Of a stretch of DNA of 37,325 nucleotides, positions 9,197 to 18,242 are shown piece after piece. Origin of the DNA: Dehalococcoidia bacterium (GTDB taxonomy: Bacteria > Chloroflexota > Dehalococcoidia > SHYD01); assembly GCA_009692935.1 (NCBI GenBank), contig SHYE01000003.1, forward strand, positions 1 through 37,325, in the 5' to 3' direction. A model generated the notes under the pieces. That model saw only the letters and a list, made by a program, of their open reading frames with translations. It was not told the origin of the DNA and did not search any database. Numbering within the stretch: the stretch's first letter is position 1; each line of letters begins with the position of its first letter. A program made the translations under genes and the position numbers.

Positions 9197-11989
9197 ATGT
9201 CACACCGTAGTCATTGGCGTTCAGGTTGGGCTCTCGCCGCACTCTCCAGCCTTGCGCTGTGCATTGGCTGCAACACGCCCACACCGCCGGCACCCTCCCC
9301 GGCGGGCGACGCCAGCGGGCCAGTACAGCCCAAGGTGAACCGCGTGGTGCTCTCGCTCGACCCGCAAGCCACCGAGAGCAACCAGGCCATCGACAGCGGC
9401 CTTGGGCTGCGGCCGATGTACGAGACACTGCTGGATGTTAGCCTCGACACCGGCAAGTTCGTGCCCATGCTTGCGGAATCGTGGGCCATTGGCAGTGGCG
9501 GTACCAGCATTCAGTTCAAGCTGCGCAAGGGCGTCCCGTTCCATGACGGCAAAGGCGAACTCACGTCGAAGGATGTCGACGCCACCTATGAGGCCATTGC
9601 CACCAGCCAGCTTACGGGCACCACCGTCACCTACGTGCGCACCAACGTGGATCGCCGGGAATTGCCCAACGACTACGAGATCATCCTGCACATGAAGCAG
9701 CCCGACTCGCAGTTCCTGGAGTATGTCTCTAGCCAGACCCAGGGCGCCTACATCATCAACGCCGCACAGCTATCAGCCGAAGGGCAGCCCAACACCGCCG
9801 GCAAGCCCTTGGTGGGTACCGCAGGACCACTTGTAACTGTACCAGCTGACCTAGGTCCAGCTCCTGCCCTCAGCACACAATCCTATGTCAATTCCAAAAA
9901 TCTAGATTTCTTCAGTGAAAACTTTCCTCGAGACCACGGTGGCATCAATCCGTTGAGTGCAGAGGCAGTGGCCTTTTTCAAATATCCCGATGGTACACAA
10001 GGCTTGGTTTCCAGCATAAATCAGTACTGGCAAAATGGCGTAATGATGTCAAGAGATTTGGCTCATCCGGGTCGTATTGTGTTTTATAAAAAGATGGCAA
10101 CTGCATCTGATTGGCAAACACATGCGGTCTCTGTGCAACAGCAGGCACGGCCCTGTATTCACGCTCGTAAAGTTCTTGTCGCAGACTTCAACAGAGACTT
10201 GATTCCAGATTTTGCAATCATGTGTCATGGCTGGGATGCACATCCATATCCAGGCGAACGCAACACAATACTGCTGAGCCAAAGCGATGGATATGTGCTG
10301 GCATACATGTCAAATCGTATTGACTTTCATCACGGTGGCAGTACCGCAGACTTCAACGGTGACAGAATACCCGACATTGCTGTAACTACCAAATCGGGAA
10401 TTCGTGTGTACATCAACAACGGCACTGGCTCTTTTACGGAGTCATCCACTTACACAATTCCAGTAGTCAGAACAGCATTCCATGTCGAGTTAGTTGATCT
10501 CAATGGTGATGGCCACTTTGATGTTGTTGCCGGCGGTCACGAATGGGATGATGCTACTCGCATTATTATCAATCCAGGAAACAATCAATTTGGCAATGCC
10601 AGATCAGATACTATATCCACGGTTCCGGGCGCCGGGGTTATTGTTGATTTTGTATACGCTCCGTCAAACAATTCCTTGTACATTTTGAGAACCGGCGACG
10701 GACGAAACAATGGCACAGTATTTTATCAAGGACTTTGGCTACAAAAATACTCACTGACTACCAGAATCAGCACAGTTGTATTGACAGATCCAAATTGGAC
10801 GGATTCACGTTTTGGATATCCTTCGCGTTGGCTTAGATGGATCGACGAAGAAAACGGTTATATTGTAAGCCAATGGGGCAATGCAATTCGAATCAAGGTG
10901 GACTAATTTTTTTAATCAGCCCTCCTTGAAATATTTATGGTTAACACCCATCCCTACGAATACGTCACCCGCGAACTGAACCAGTTCCTTCGCTTCAAGC
11001 GAGTGGACTACAAGCATTGGCGGGCGACGCCCGATTTCCCCGAAATGGAGATTCGCTGGGTGCGCGAACCCTCCACCCGCATGGCGGCGCTGATAGCCGG
11101 TGAAGCCCACCTGGCGGCCCTACCCGAAGACCAGATCAAGAACGCCGAGGGCCGCGGCATGAAGGCTATCCGCGGCCGGGTGCCCGCCTTCCGCGCCATC
11201 CTCAACTTCCATTGCTGCCTGGCGAAGGAGCCGTTTGACCCGAACTCGGGCTACGTCAACCCGAACACCCCGCTGGCGGACGTCCGCATCCGCAAGGCGC
11301 TGAACAAGGCCATCAACCGCGATGAGTTGAACAAGGCCTTCTTCGGCGGCAAGGGCGAGCTGATCCACAACAACCCGTATCACCCCACTAAGCCGGGCTG
11401 GAACCCGGCCTGGCAACAGCGGTATCAAGACGCCTACGGTTTTGACTTGGCGCAAGCAAAGGTGCTGGTGGCGCAAGCCGGCTATGGGCCTAGCAACCCC
11501 CTCAAGCTGAACCTGGTGATTCAGCCGACCCGCGGTCTGGCCGCGGCAGCTGACGTCGTGGAAGCGGTCGGCAGCTACTGGCGCAACAACCTGGGGGCCG
11601 AGGTGAAGCTGATCACCATCACCGGCACCACCGAGCTGCGCGCGCCCGACGCCAACGACCACATTGTGATGTGGGCCACCAGCGCCAGCATGTGGGCCGG
11701 CACCGCCAACTACGGCACGGCGCTCATCGAAAGCAACCGCATCTGGGGGTGGGGCCTGCCCGACGCTGACCTCGTGCTCAGAGAGATAGCTAGCACCCTC
11801 GACGAGAAGAAGTCGGAGGAGCTGTGGCGCAAGATGGGCGACATCTACTTCAACAAGTACAAGTTCATCCCGCTGCACTACCTGCCGGTGGAGATTGTGG
11901 CTAACCCGCAAATCGTGGCCGACTACGTGTTCCCCGGCTCCATCTCCACCAACTGGACGCACCTGGAGCACCTGAAGGCGGCGCGGTAG
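9197..11989 (+). pseudogene. ABC transporter substrate-binding lipoprotein (family 5, DppA/OppA-like) interrupted by a 1128-bp insert
   Basis: N-half: lipobox CIGC, PMLAESW, FKLRKGVPFHDG..LTSKDV, ending PLVGTA. C-half resumes PYEY..EPSTRMAALIAGE..DVRIRKALNKAINR. Both halves are in the same frame and rejoin to 554 aa. Confidence 0.88.
9824..10951 (+). other. Foreign low-GC insert: 5'-truncated FG-GAP/VCBS repeat gene plus 45 nt downstream
   Basis: Abrupt GC drop (sampled 60-nt lines 35-47% versus about 60% in a flanking line). Three repeats VADFNRDLIPD, TADFNGDRIPD, LVDLNGDGHFD. Stop TAA at 10904-10906. Boundaries uncertain by a few nt. Confidence 0.85.
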
Positions 11990-12000
11990 CGCGCTATAAA

Positions 12001-12108
12001 CCTCCCCCTAGCAGGGGGAGGTTAGGAGGGGGTTGAAGTTCTGCCGCGAGCCCGCTTCTCGGCAACGCTTCGACCCTCCTCTAACTCCTCCCTGCTAGGG
12101 AGGAGAAC
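12001..12108. repeat. Paired REP-like inverted repeat
   Basis: cctccccctagcagggggaggttaggaggggg ... ccctcctctaactcctccctgctagggaggag. Related units at about 9018-9052, 33500-33538 and 34390-34425. Confidence 0.7.
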
Positions 12109-12117
12109 CGGAAGGAT

Positions 12118-12155
12118 AGTAAGCGGCCCCGGTCAGGTGACTGGGGCCGCTTACT
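12118..12155. terminator. Long hairpin between convergent genes (probable bidirectional terminator)
   Basis: agtaagcggccccggtc..gactggggccgcttact forms a near-perfect stem; no clear U-tract. Confidence 0.6.
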
Positions 12156-12174
12156 GCCTGCTTTGGCCTTGGGG

Positions 12175-12987
12175 TTAGCCGAAGAAGTCGGTGATGGCCT
12201 GCGAGAACTCTTCAGAGTTCTCGTAGTGCACCTGGTGGGCACCGGTCTCGATGATCACCAGCTTCGAGCTGGGTACCAACTCCACCAGCTTCTCGGCGGT
12301 CTGGCTGGTAGGGTCGCCGCGGCCGATGAGGAACAGCGTGGGCATGGTGAGGTACGGCAACCGGCGCAGCAGGTTGAACCGCACCCGGTTGGCGCCGTCG
12401 GCCATAGTCTTCATCATGTCGCCGTAGGCTTCCGCATAGCCCGGCTCGTTCAACTTGCGGACCTTCGCCGCCACCAAAGCGTCGAACTCGGCCGGGCTGG
12501 CGTCCTTCATCATCGGCGTCAGCGCCTGCCGCACCTTCTCCTCGCTCGGCACGTCGAAGCTGGCCAGCCGGGCGTTAGCGGCGCCGTGAAAGCCGGGGTT
12601 GCCGGTCATTACCACCTTGTCCACCCGGTGCGGACTCTCGTACGCCAGCAGGCCGGCGATCCAGCCGCCCATGGTGGCGCCCACGATGTGGCTGCTGCGA
12701 ATACCCAGCGCGTCCTGGAACTCGCGCACGAACTCCGTCATGTCGGGGAACGCATCGACGGTGGGGTTGTCGCGAATGTCGCCGGGAGGCCAGCCGATGA
12801 AGTCGGGTACCAACACCCGGTAGCGCGTGCTCAGGTAGGGCAAAGCCACGCGGAAATCGTCGGCGCCCCCTATCACCGAGGCGCCGTGCAGCAGGATCAC
12901 GGGATGTCCCGTGCCCGCCTCCAGGTAGCGGGTCTTACCGTGGCTCAGGGTTACGTCTTTGCTTGCGATGGCTGCGGTGGTGGTCAT
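12175..12987 (-). CDS. Alpha/beta hydrolase (meta-cleavage product hydrolase-like)
   Basis: YLEAGTGHPVILLHG, HIVGATMGG, PTLFLIGRGD, GAHQVH; AGGAG RBS before ATG 12987. Confidence 0.85.
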   Translation of the reverse strand: MTTTAAIASKDVTLSHGKTRYLEAGTGHPVILLHGASVIGGADDFRVALPYLSTRYRVLVPDFIGWPPGDIRDNPTVDAFPDMTEFVREFQDALGIRSSHIVGATMGGWIAGLLAYESPHRVDKVVMTGNPGFHGAANARLASFDVPSEEKVRQALTPMMKDASPAEFDALVAAKVRKLNEPGYAEAYGDMMKTMADGANRVRFNLLRRLPYLTMPTLFLIGRGDPTSQTAEKLVELVPSSKLVIIETGAHQVHYENSEEFSQAITDFFG

Positions 12988-13010
12988 CTCATGCTCCTTC
13001 GAACAGATGG

Positions 13011-13958
13011 TTAGGCTTTGGCTGGCTCGCGGGACTCGCGCACCGTGCCAGCGGCCATAGCGTCCACGCTGTGGTGCCACTCTCGCTTCAGGTCATCGAC
13101 CACGGGATTCGAGAATCCGCCGATACCGGAAATCCCGATGCGGCCGACGTCGCCGTTCTGCAGCGGGCCCAGCCCTTGGTGGTTGGTGCCGCACATGAAC
13201 ATGTCGCCCGGCTTCAGGCTGGTGATGGCCGACATCGTCTCGATGAGCTCCGGGATTCGATGCTCCATGTCGCTGGTGTTGTAGTCGTGGCGGATCTGCC
13301 CGTTCACCCAGTACTGCACGTGCAGGTTGTGCGGATCTGGCACCTCATCCGCCGTCACGATATAGGGGCCAATGGGACAGAAGGTGTCGAACGACTTGCC
13401 GAAGTTGCCGGGCATCCACGGACCCTCCCCGGTGTTAGGGGTGATGCCGGGGCCGCCCAGCCACGGGGCCCGTGCCGACACATCGACGCCGGCGAAGTAC
13501 CCGAACACGTGATCCATGGCCTGGGCCGCATGCACCCGGGTTGCCGTCTTGCCGATGACAAAGGCGAGTTCCGCCTCGTGGTGGAAAATGCGCGCCTGGA
13601 ACGGCGGCAGCACCACCGTATCGTTGGGGCCGATGATGGAGTCGGGCGACTTGAAGAAGAGGCTGAGCGGCTTTGGCTTGCCGCCCTGCACCATCTCCAT
13701 GTAGTTGCCCTGCCCCATCAGCAGCTTGCCGGGGCGCGGCACCGGCGGCCGCAGCCGCGCCTTGTCCAGCGGGATCGCCGCGCCCGACTCCGCGGCAGCC
13801 TCGAGCTGGGGCCGCAGCAGCGCGAAGTTGCTGATCCAGTTCTCCAGTAGCAACTGCGCGTGGCCCGGATTGTAGGGACGCAGCACTTGGCTCACGTCCA
13901 CCACACCGCGGTCAGTGATTACGCACGGCCGAAAGTCGTCATAGAATCCGATCTTCAT
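13011..13958 (-). CDS. Fumarylacetoacetate hydrolase family protein
   Basis: FFKSPDS, HHEAELAFVIGK, DVSAR, GKSFDTFCPIGP, LKPGDM..GT. Confidence 0.92.
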   Translation of the reverse strand: MKIGFYDDFRPCVITDRGVVDVSQVLRPYNPGHAQLLLENWISNFALLRPQLEAAAESGAAIPLDKARLRPPVPRPGKLLMGQGNYMEMVQGGKPKPLSLFFKSPDSIIGPNDTVVLPPFQARIFHHEAELAFVIGKTATRVHAAQAMDHVFGYFAGVDVSARAPWLGGPGITPNTGEGPWMPGNFGKSFDTFCPIGPYIVTADEVPDPHNLHVQYWVNGQIRHDYNTSDMEHRIPELIETMSAITSLKPGDMFMCGTNHQGLGPLQNGDVGRIGISGIGGFSNPVVDDLKREWHHSVDAMAAGTVRESREPAKA

Positions 13959-14006
13959 GTCTGTCTCCTTCTAATTATGGGTAGATAACCGCAATCGCCA
14001 TCTCTA

Positions 14007-14120
14007 GTCATTGCGAGCCCGGCGATAGCCGGAGCGTGGCAATCGTGACTGGGTGCGAAGCATGCTCGAAGCCTTCGGGCGCAACCCACGCCATGAGATT
14101 GCTTCGTCGCAGAGCCTCGC
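14007..14120. repeat. REP-like pair (gtcattgcgag..gcaatc / gagattgcttcgtcgc..ctcgc)
   Basis: Imperfect inverted pair in the Rieske-FAH intergenic region. Confidence 0.55.
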
Positions 14121-14146
14121 CACGGCCGCACTCCTCGATACTCGCC

Positions 14147-15424
14147 CTACGCCCTGCCCGCCGTCGCGAAGCGCGACACCACCGCCTCGTCGACCGAAGC
14201 GTTCTCGTCGACGTCGAACTGCACGTTGCGAACCGCCCAGCCCTGGGGCCGGAAGGGCTCCTCCAGCTCGCGGCCCTCCATCAGGTCGCGGGCGGCCTTC
14301 AGGATGTGGCGCCGCACGCGGATGATCGACTCGTCGGAGCTTACCAGCCGTTCGACAGTGCGGTCCATGATCGGGCCGCGCTGATCCTCAATCAGCGCGG
14401 TGTCCTGGGTCGAGAAGCTCTTGATGCCGGTGTAGTTGTAGTTGCGCTGCATCACCCGGTCGATGTTGTAGTCGTTGTGCACGTTGTCGATGCCGGTGAA
14501 GGTGCCGGAGATCAAAGGCGGATACAGGAAGCCGCCATGCTTGGCCTCCCACAGCTCCTTGTCGGTCAGCGGCTCGTTGGGGTTGTAGCGGATGCGCCAG
14601 AACATGCAGTTCCCGTCGTCGATCGGCACGCGGATGTTGTTCTGGCTCACCATGCGGTCGCTGCCGCTGGTGGTGGTGCTAGGCATCACCCAATGGCCCA
14701 TGCCGACTCGCAGCTTGCCCTCGCCGCCACTGCGGGTGGTCACGTTCATCACGCCGTAGTCGGTGTCCTCCACCTGGTAGTAGCGGGGCATGCGGTCGGC
14801 GATGGCCGCCTGGGTGGCGCGCCGCACCCGAATGCGGGGGTTGTTCGCCTGGTCGCCCAGCGTGCTATGCAGGAAGTTGGCGTGGCTAGCGTCCAGGTCG
14901 CCCTCCAGGCTCTGGAAGTAGTTGCACTCGATGTGCATCTTCCAGGTGTAGCGATGCGCGTCCGGCAGGTCCATAAAGCGGTAGCCGGGCAGCGGCGGCA
15001 CCCGGTCCTTGGGCCCCATATACACCCAGATCGCGCCGCCCTTCTCGACGGCGGGATAGGCAGTGATCGTCACCTTGTCCTTGAAGGTCTCGCCCTCCGG
15101 CGCATTCGGCAGGTCGACACAGGCGCCTTCGACGTCGAACTTCCAGCCGTGGTACACGCAGCGCAGACCGTCCTCCTCGTTGCGGCCGAAGAACAGCGGC
15201 GCGCCGCGGTGCGGGCAATAGGCGTCGACCACGCCGACGCGGCCGGAGCTGTCCTTGAACGCGATCAGGTCCTCGGACAGCACCCGCAGGCGCTTCGGGT
15301 CGCAGTCGGGGCCGGGCAGCTCGCTCGCCAGCATCACCGGCAGCCAGAACCTACGGAACAGCGCGCCCATGGGCGTGCCGGGGCCGGTCTGGGTCAGCGT
15401 CACATTCTCTTCTTGGGTCAGCAC
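14147..15424 (-). CDS. Rieske non-heme iron oxygenase alpha subunit (phthalate 4,5-dioxygenase/LigX-like)
   Basis: TGPGTPMGALFRRFWLP; Rieske motif CPHRG..CVYHGW; mononuclear iron site DLDASHANFLH; QD..EDQ. Confidence 0.93.
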   Translation of the reverse strand: MLTQEENVTLTQTGPGTPMGALFRRFWLPVMLASELPGPDCDPKRLRVLSEDLIAFKDSSGRVGVVDAYCPHRGAPLFFGRNEEDGLRCVYHGWKFDVEGACVDLPNAPEGETFKDKVTITAYPAVEKGGAIWVYMGPKDRVPPLPGYRFMDLPDAHRYTWKMHIECNYFQSLEGDLDASHANFLHSTLGDQANNPRIRVRRATQAAIADRMPRYYQVEDTDYGVMNVTTRSGGEGKLRVGMGHWVMPSTTTSGSDRMVSQNNIRVPIDDGNCMFWRIRYNPNEPLTDKELWEAKHGGFLYPPLISGTFTGIDNVHNDYNIDRVMQRNYNYTGIKSFSTQDTALIEDQRGPIMDRTVERLVSSDESIIRVRRHILKAARDLMEGRELEEPFRPQGWAVRNVQFDVDENASVDEAVVSRFATAGRA

Positions 15425-15541
15425 TCCAGCCTCCTAGAAATGACGGGTGGGTTCGGGATTGCGCGGCCCGCCCGCGCTAGTGGTTGCAGTGATACGCCGA
15501 TGTGGGGTGGATGTCAAACTTGGGCGGGTGGAAAGCCAGCG

Positions 15542-16207
15542 CTATGGGGTTAGGATCATTCGTACAGCAGCCGCGATATCGGTACTGGAGGCGGACATCC
15601 CTCCGACGACATATGTCTTCTTCGGCAAGACCGATGCCGGCCAGGCTTCATACGAGCGTTTGTACCTAAACACGATAGTGTGGGGCGCCAAGGCCCTCAA
15701 CAGTGCCAAGGAATGTTGGTTCAAGCAAGAGTGAACCATCTTCTTACTAAGTCCCACGCTATTCCCCTCGGTTGGGAAAGGGACGACATCGATGTAGGCA
15801 GCGTTATCTAGCGTTAACGTCGCCCCTGCCAATACCTTCCTAACGAAGTTCCTATAAATCCCTGGCCAAGGCGGAGAGACCCCTTCGCCTGCCATGCAGA
15901 CACGCGTTTGGGTCATCAGCGCTTCGAACACTTCGCTCGCCTCACTCACGTCCTTAGTAACCGCCAAGTCTTTTAGGAGCCTAAAGCGACGATCCTCCTC
16001 CGGATCGCCCCGGCGTGGTACTGCAGGATTCAAAGCACAAAAGACGAGCCCCCGATACCTCTCACCGATGAATCCAACCTGCGCAGGGAGTGGCTTACCA
16101 TAGGGCCGTGGGATCAGCGAGCGCATTTCCGGCGACAAGTATTGCTGGCCATCCTTCGCCATCGCCCACACTCGTTGGAAAAATTCGGCCCGTTTGTTCT
16201 GCTCCAT
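15542..16207 (-). CDS. Hypothetical protein, possibly uracil-DNA-glycosylase-like fold
   Basis: Lower-GC ORF from ATG 16207; GFIGERYRGLVFCALNP, YIDVVPFPT, LRALAPHTIV. Confidence 0.5.
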   Translation of the reverse strand: MEQNKRAEFFQRVWAMAKDGQQYLSPEMRSLIPRPYGKPLPAQVGFIGERYRGLVFCALNPAVPRRGDPEEDRRFRLLKDLAVTKDVSEASEVFEALMTQTRVCMAGEGVSPPWPGIYRNFVRKVLAGATLTLDNAAYIDVVPFPTEGNSVGLSKKMVHSCLNQHSLALLRALAPHTIVFRYKRSYEAWPASVLPKKTYVVGGMSASSTDIAAAVRMILTP

Positions 16208-16300
16208 ACATGCCTTCGTGCTGTTTCTTCCAACATACCTTGTGTTGTCAAATGATGATCTACTTAGCCTTTGCAACGTCAACCGAGAGAGGGAGGGATC

Positions 16301-16666
16301 TTGAGAGTCAAGGTCAATCGCATCTACGCCGACGCGGACGGCGTCAGCCACTTCGCCGACGACGAGGTTGAACTCGACATAAACACCTTCGCGCCGCCGG
16401 CCGACCCCGTGCTCCTCTCGGCGTGGACGGCCGCCACCCGCTTCGCCTACCTCTGCTTCCCGGCCGGCTGGGTCGGTGACTGGCACCCCTCACCGGCCCG
16501 CCAGGTGCAGTTCTTCATCCGCGGCGAGGGCATCGTGTCCGTCAGCGACGGCAGCAAGCGCCGGTTCGGGGCAGGCGACGTGTGGCTGGTGGAGGACCTC
16601 ACCGGGCCGGGGCACCACACCATGGCCATTGAGGAGTGTTTGGCGGGCGTGGTGCGATTGGCGTAG
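16301..16666 (+). CDS. Cupin domain protein
   Basis: GGAGGG RBS then TTG; RIYADADGVSHF, WHPSPARQ, SDG..RRFGAGDV.LVEDLTGPGH. Confidence 0.85.
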   Translation: MRVKVNRIYADADGVSHFADDEVELDINTFAPPADPVLLSAWTAATRFAYLCFPAGWVGDWHPSPARQVQFFIRGEGIVSVSDGSKRRFGAGDVWLVEDLTGPGHHTMAIEECLAGVVRLA

Positions 16667-16822
16667 GTGCCCCTTTTGGAATTGTCACCCTCCAAACACT
16701 TGACACGATAGCAATGGGGGGGTAGGGAGGTAGACTGTCGGCGTATCCGCTGGAACGTTCTCCAGTCTCGTCACCGTCGACCAGCGCTCAGGCAAACCAG
16801 AGCCTGAGAGGAGGAGACCGTC

Positions 16823-17623
16823 GTGTTCAAGAGACGCAGGGCCATGGGCTGGCTGGTTGGGATGGGGGTCGTACTAGTTGCGGTCCTCTTGGGAGCACCG
16901 TTCGGTGCACAGGCGATTGGAGGGGCAGCCCCGACCCAAACACCCAAGGCCAAGGCGCCGGCACCGGTTCCGCCCACGATTCCGACAGGGTGGCGCCCTG
17001 CGCCATTCCCGCCCTTGCCCTCTCCCTCTGCTCTTACGCCTAATCCTACGCGGTCACCTGAACCGACCCCAACGGCGGGCCCTTGCGACACGCCCCTTCC
17101 AGCGGGGAGCACTTGGGGTACATACACAATGAAGGACCTGCCCCTCAGTTTCCAATATCCTGCAAGCTGGTCTGTTGTGGCGGAAAACTATCCGCCGACA
17201 GCTCCTCCGAATCAACCGGCTCAGAACCCTTACGCTGCTATTAGGAATGTCCAGCAAGGGTGTTACCCCATCAGCCGTCTCTTCCAGGGAGGCGTGCCAC
17301 CTTGGATAACGCTCTATGCCACCATAATTCCCCGTACAGGGCCTGAATCGATCGATCCCATCATTCCTCGGCGCATAACGTTTGGTGATGGCCGCGATGC
17401 GGGGCCGAACCCTGCCTTCATCTCAAGCACCGAACGCATCGTCCAAGGACAGCGAGCCGTACTCACGATCCATCGAGACGCGGTGCGTCCCAATGTCGAC
17501 CAGGCATAATTCGTCGTGGTAGGTGCCACATATTTTTACCTGTTGCAGACCACCTACACAACGCCAGCAGCGGCCGCTATCTTCGAGCGAGCTATTCAGA
17601 GCGTGGAAATAAAGGTACGGTGA
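16823..17623 (+). pseudogene. Secreted Pro/Thr-rich protein with an in-frame TAA at 17507-17509
   Basis: GAGGAG RBS, signal peptide, PT-rich linker, LSFQYPASW. The frame continues after TAA (FVVVGATYFYLLQ..IFERAIQSVEIKVR*), resembling a PsbP-like C-terminus. Confidence 0.6.
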
Positions 17624-17628
17624 CCCAC

Positions 17629-17796
17629 ATGACTGAATGGAAGCCATTACAGCGTCTTCTTCTCGCAGTTGCACTTGCTGTTACAGCTCTAGGATCCGCA
17701 CCAACGCCCGCAGCCCGGGCTGACCACCAATACCCCGAGGGATGGAGGCTACCTTTCGATGCGATTATCGGGAACATCACGAACGCGCCAGCGTAG
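17629..17796 (+). pseudogene. Truncated secreted-protein remnant
   Basis: MTEWKPLQRLLLAVALAVTALGSAPTPAARADHQYPEGWRLPF..*: an AxA signal peptide followed by an early stop; starts 5 nt after the preceding gene. Confidence 0.45.
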
Positions 17797-17844
17797 GACA
17801 CCCATGCCTTGCCTTAACCCTACTGGGACATAGATCCGTGTTAG

Positions 17845-18115
17845 GGATCAGTGCCGACGAGACCACGACTTCCGACTGGACAGCCCCCGTCATCACCTTC
17901 TAAGGCGGAAGTGCTCCCATCGTGGGAGATCAGTCGGCCCGGTTAATCTGTGCATCGTCGAACGAGGCTCACCGGGGTGAGTCTCGTTCCCATCAACGGA
18001 GCCTTCGGGTCAATAGCTCCGTCGGGCGTCTCTGCACCGTTTCGTGCGAGGGCCGCTCTCGCCCCACTCAGTGGCATGTAGTAGGGGGTGTCTGCTCTCA
18101 CGGTTAGGGTCACCT
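17845..18115. mobile_element. Structured non-coding region, candidate IS110-family end remnant
   Basis: Hairpins at 17960-17989 (13 bp), 17996-18022 and about 18046-18062. On the minus strand an RBS/ATG leads into a frameshifted VV(F)VGTDP, resembling an IS110 N-terminus. Confidence 0.4.
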
Positions 18116-18242
18116 CCAAATACTCAAGCGGTCAACCTGGACCCACCCGCTCTCACGCCTGCGTGTGCTAAACTATGGAGGCTGTTTTCCAGCCGCGTCC
18201 GCGGCGCGCGGGCGGCACGCTCTACCAACAAGGGGGCGAACG

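Noticed and set aside
9824-10951. Insert as an intein or group I/II intron
   Set aside because: It contains in-frame stops and lacks C/S..HN intein ends, a GUGYG 5' end, domain V, a group I core and any RT or homing endonuclease. Almost all of it is FG-GAP coding sequence.
14036-15553. Long antisense/overlapping ORFs (e.g. 14036..15553, 7941..9428, 33410..34666, 36147..37151)
   Set aside because: These are shadow ORFs of well-supported genes in high-GC DNA and carry no recognisable motifs.
17880-18115. Cobalamin or other known riboswitch, 6S, tmRNA or RNase P RNA
   Set aside because: A GCCACTG is present on the minus strand, but the other conserved boxes of these RNAs could not be found by eye.
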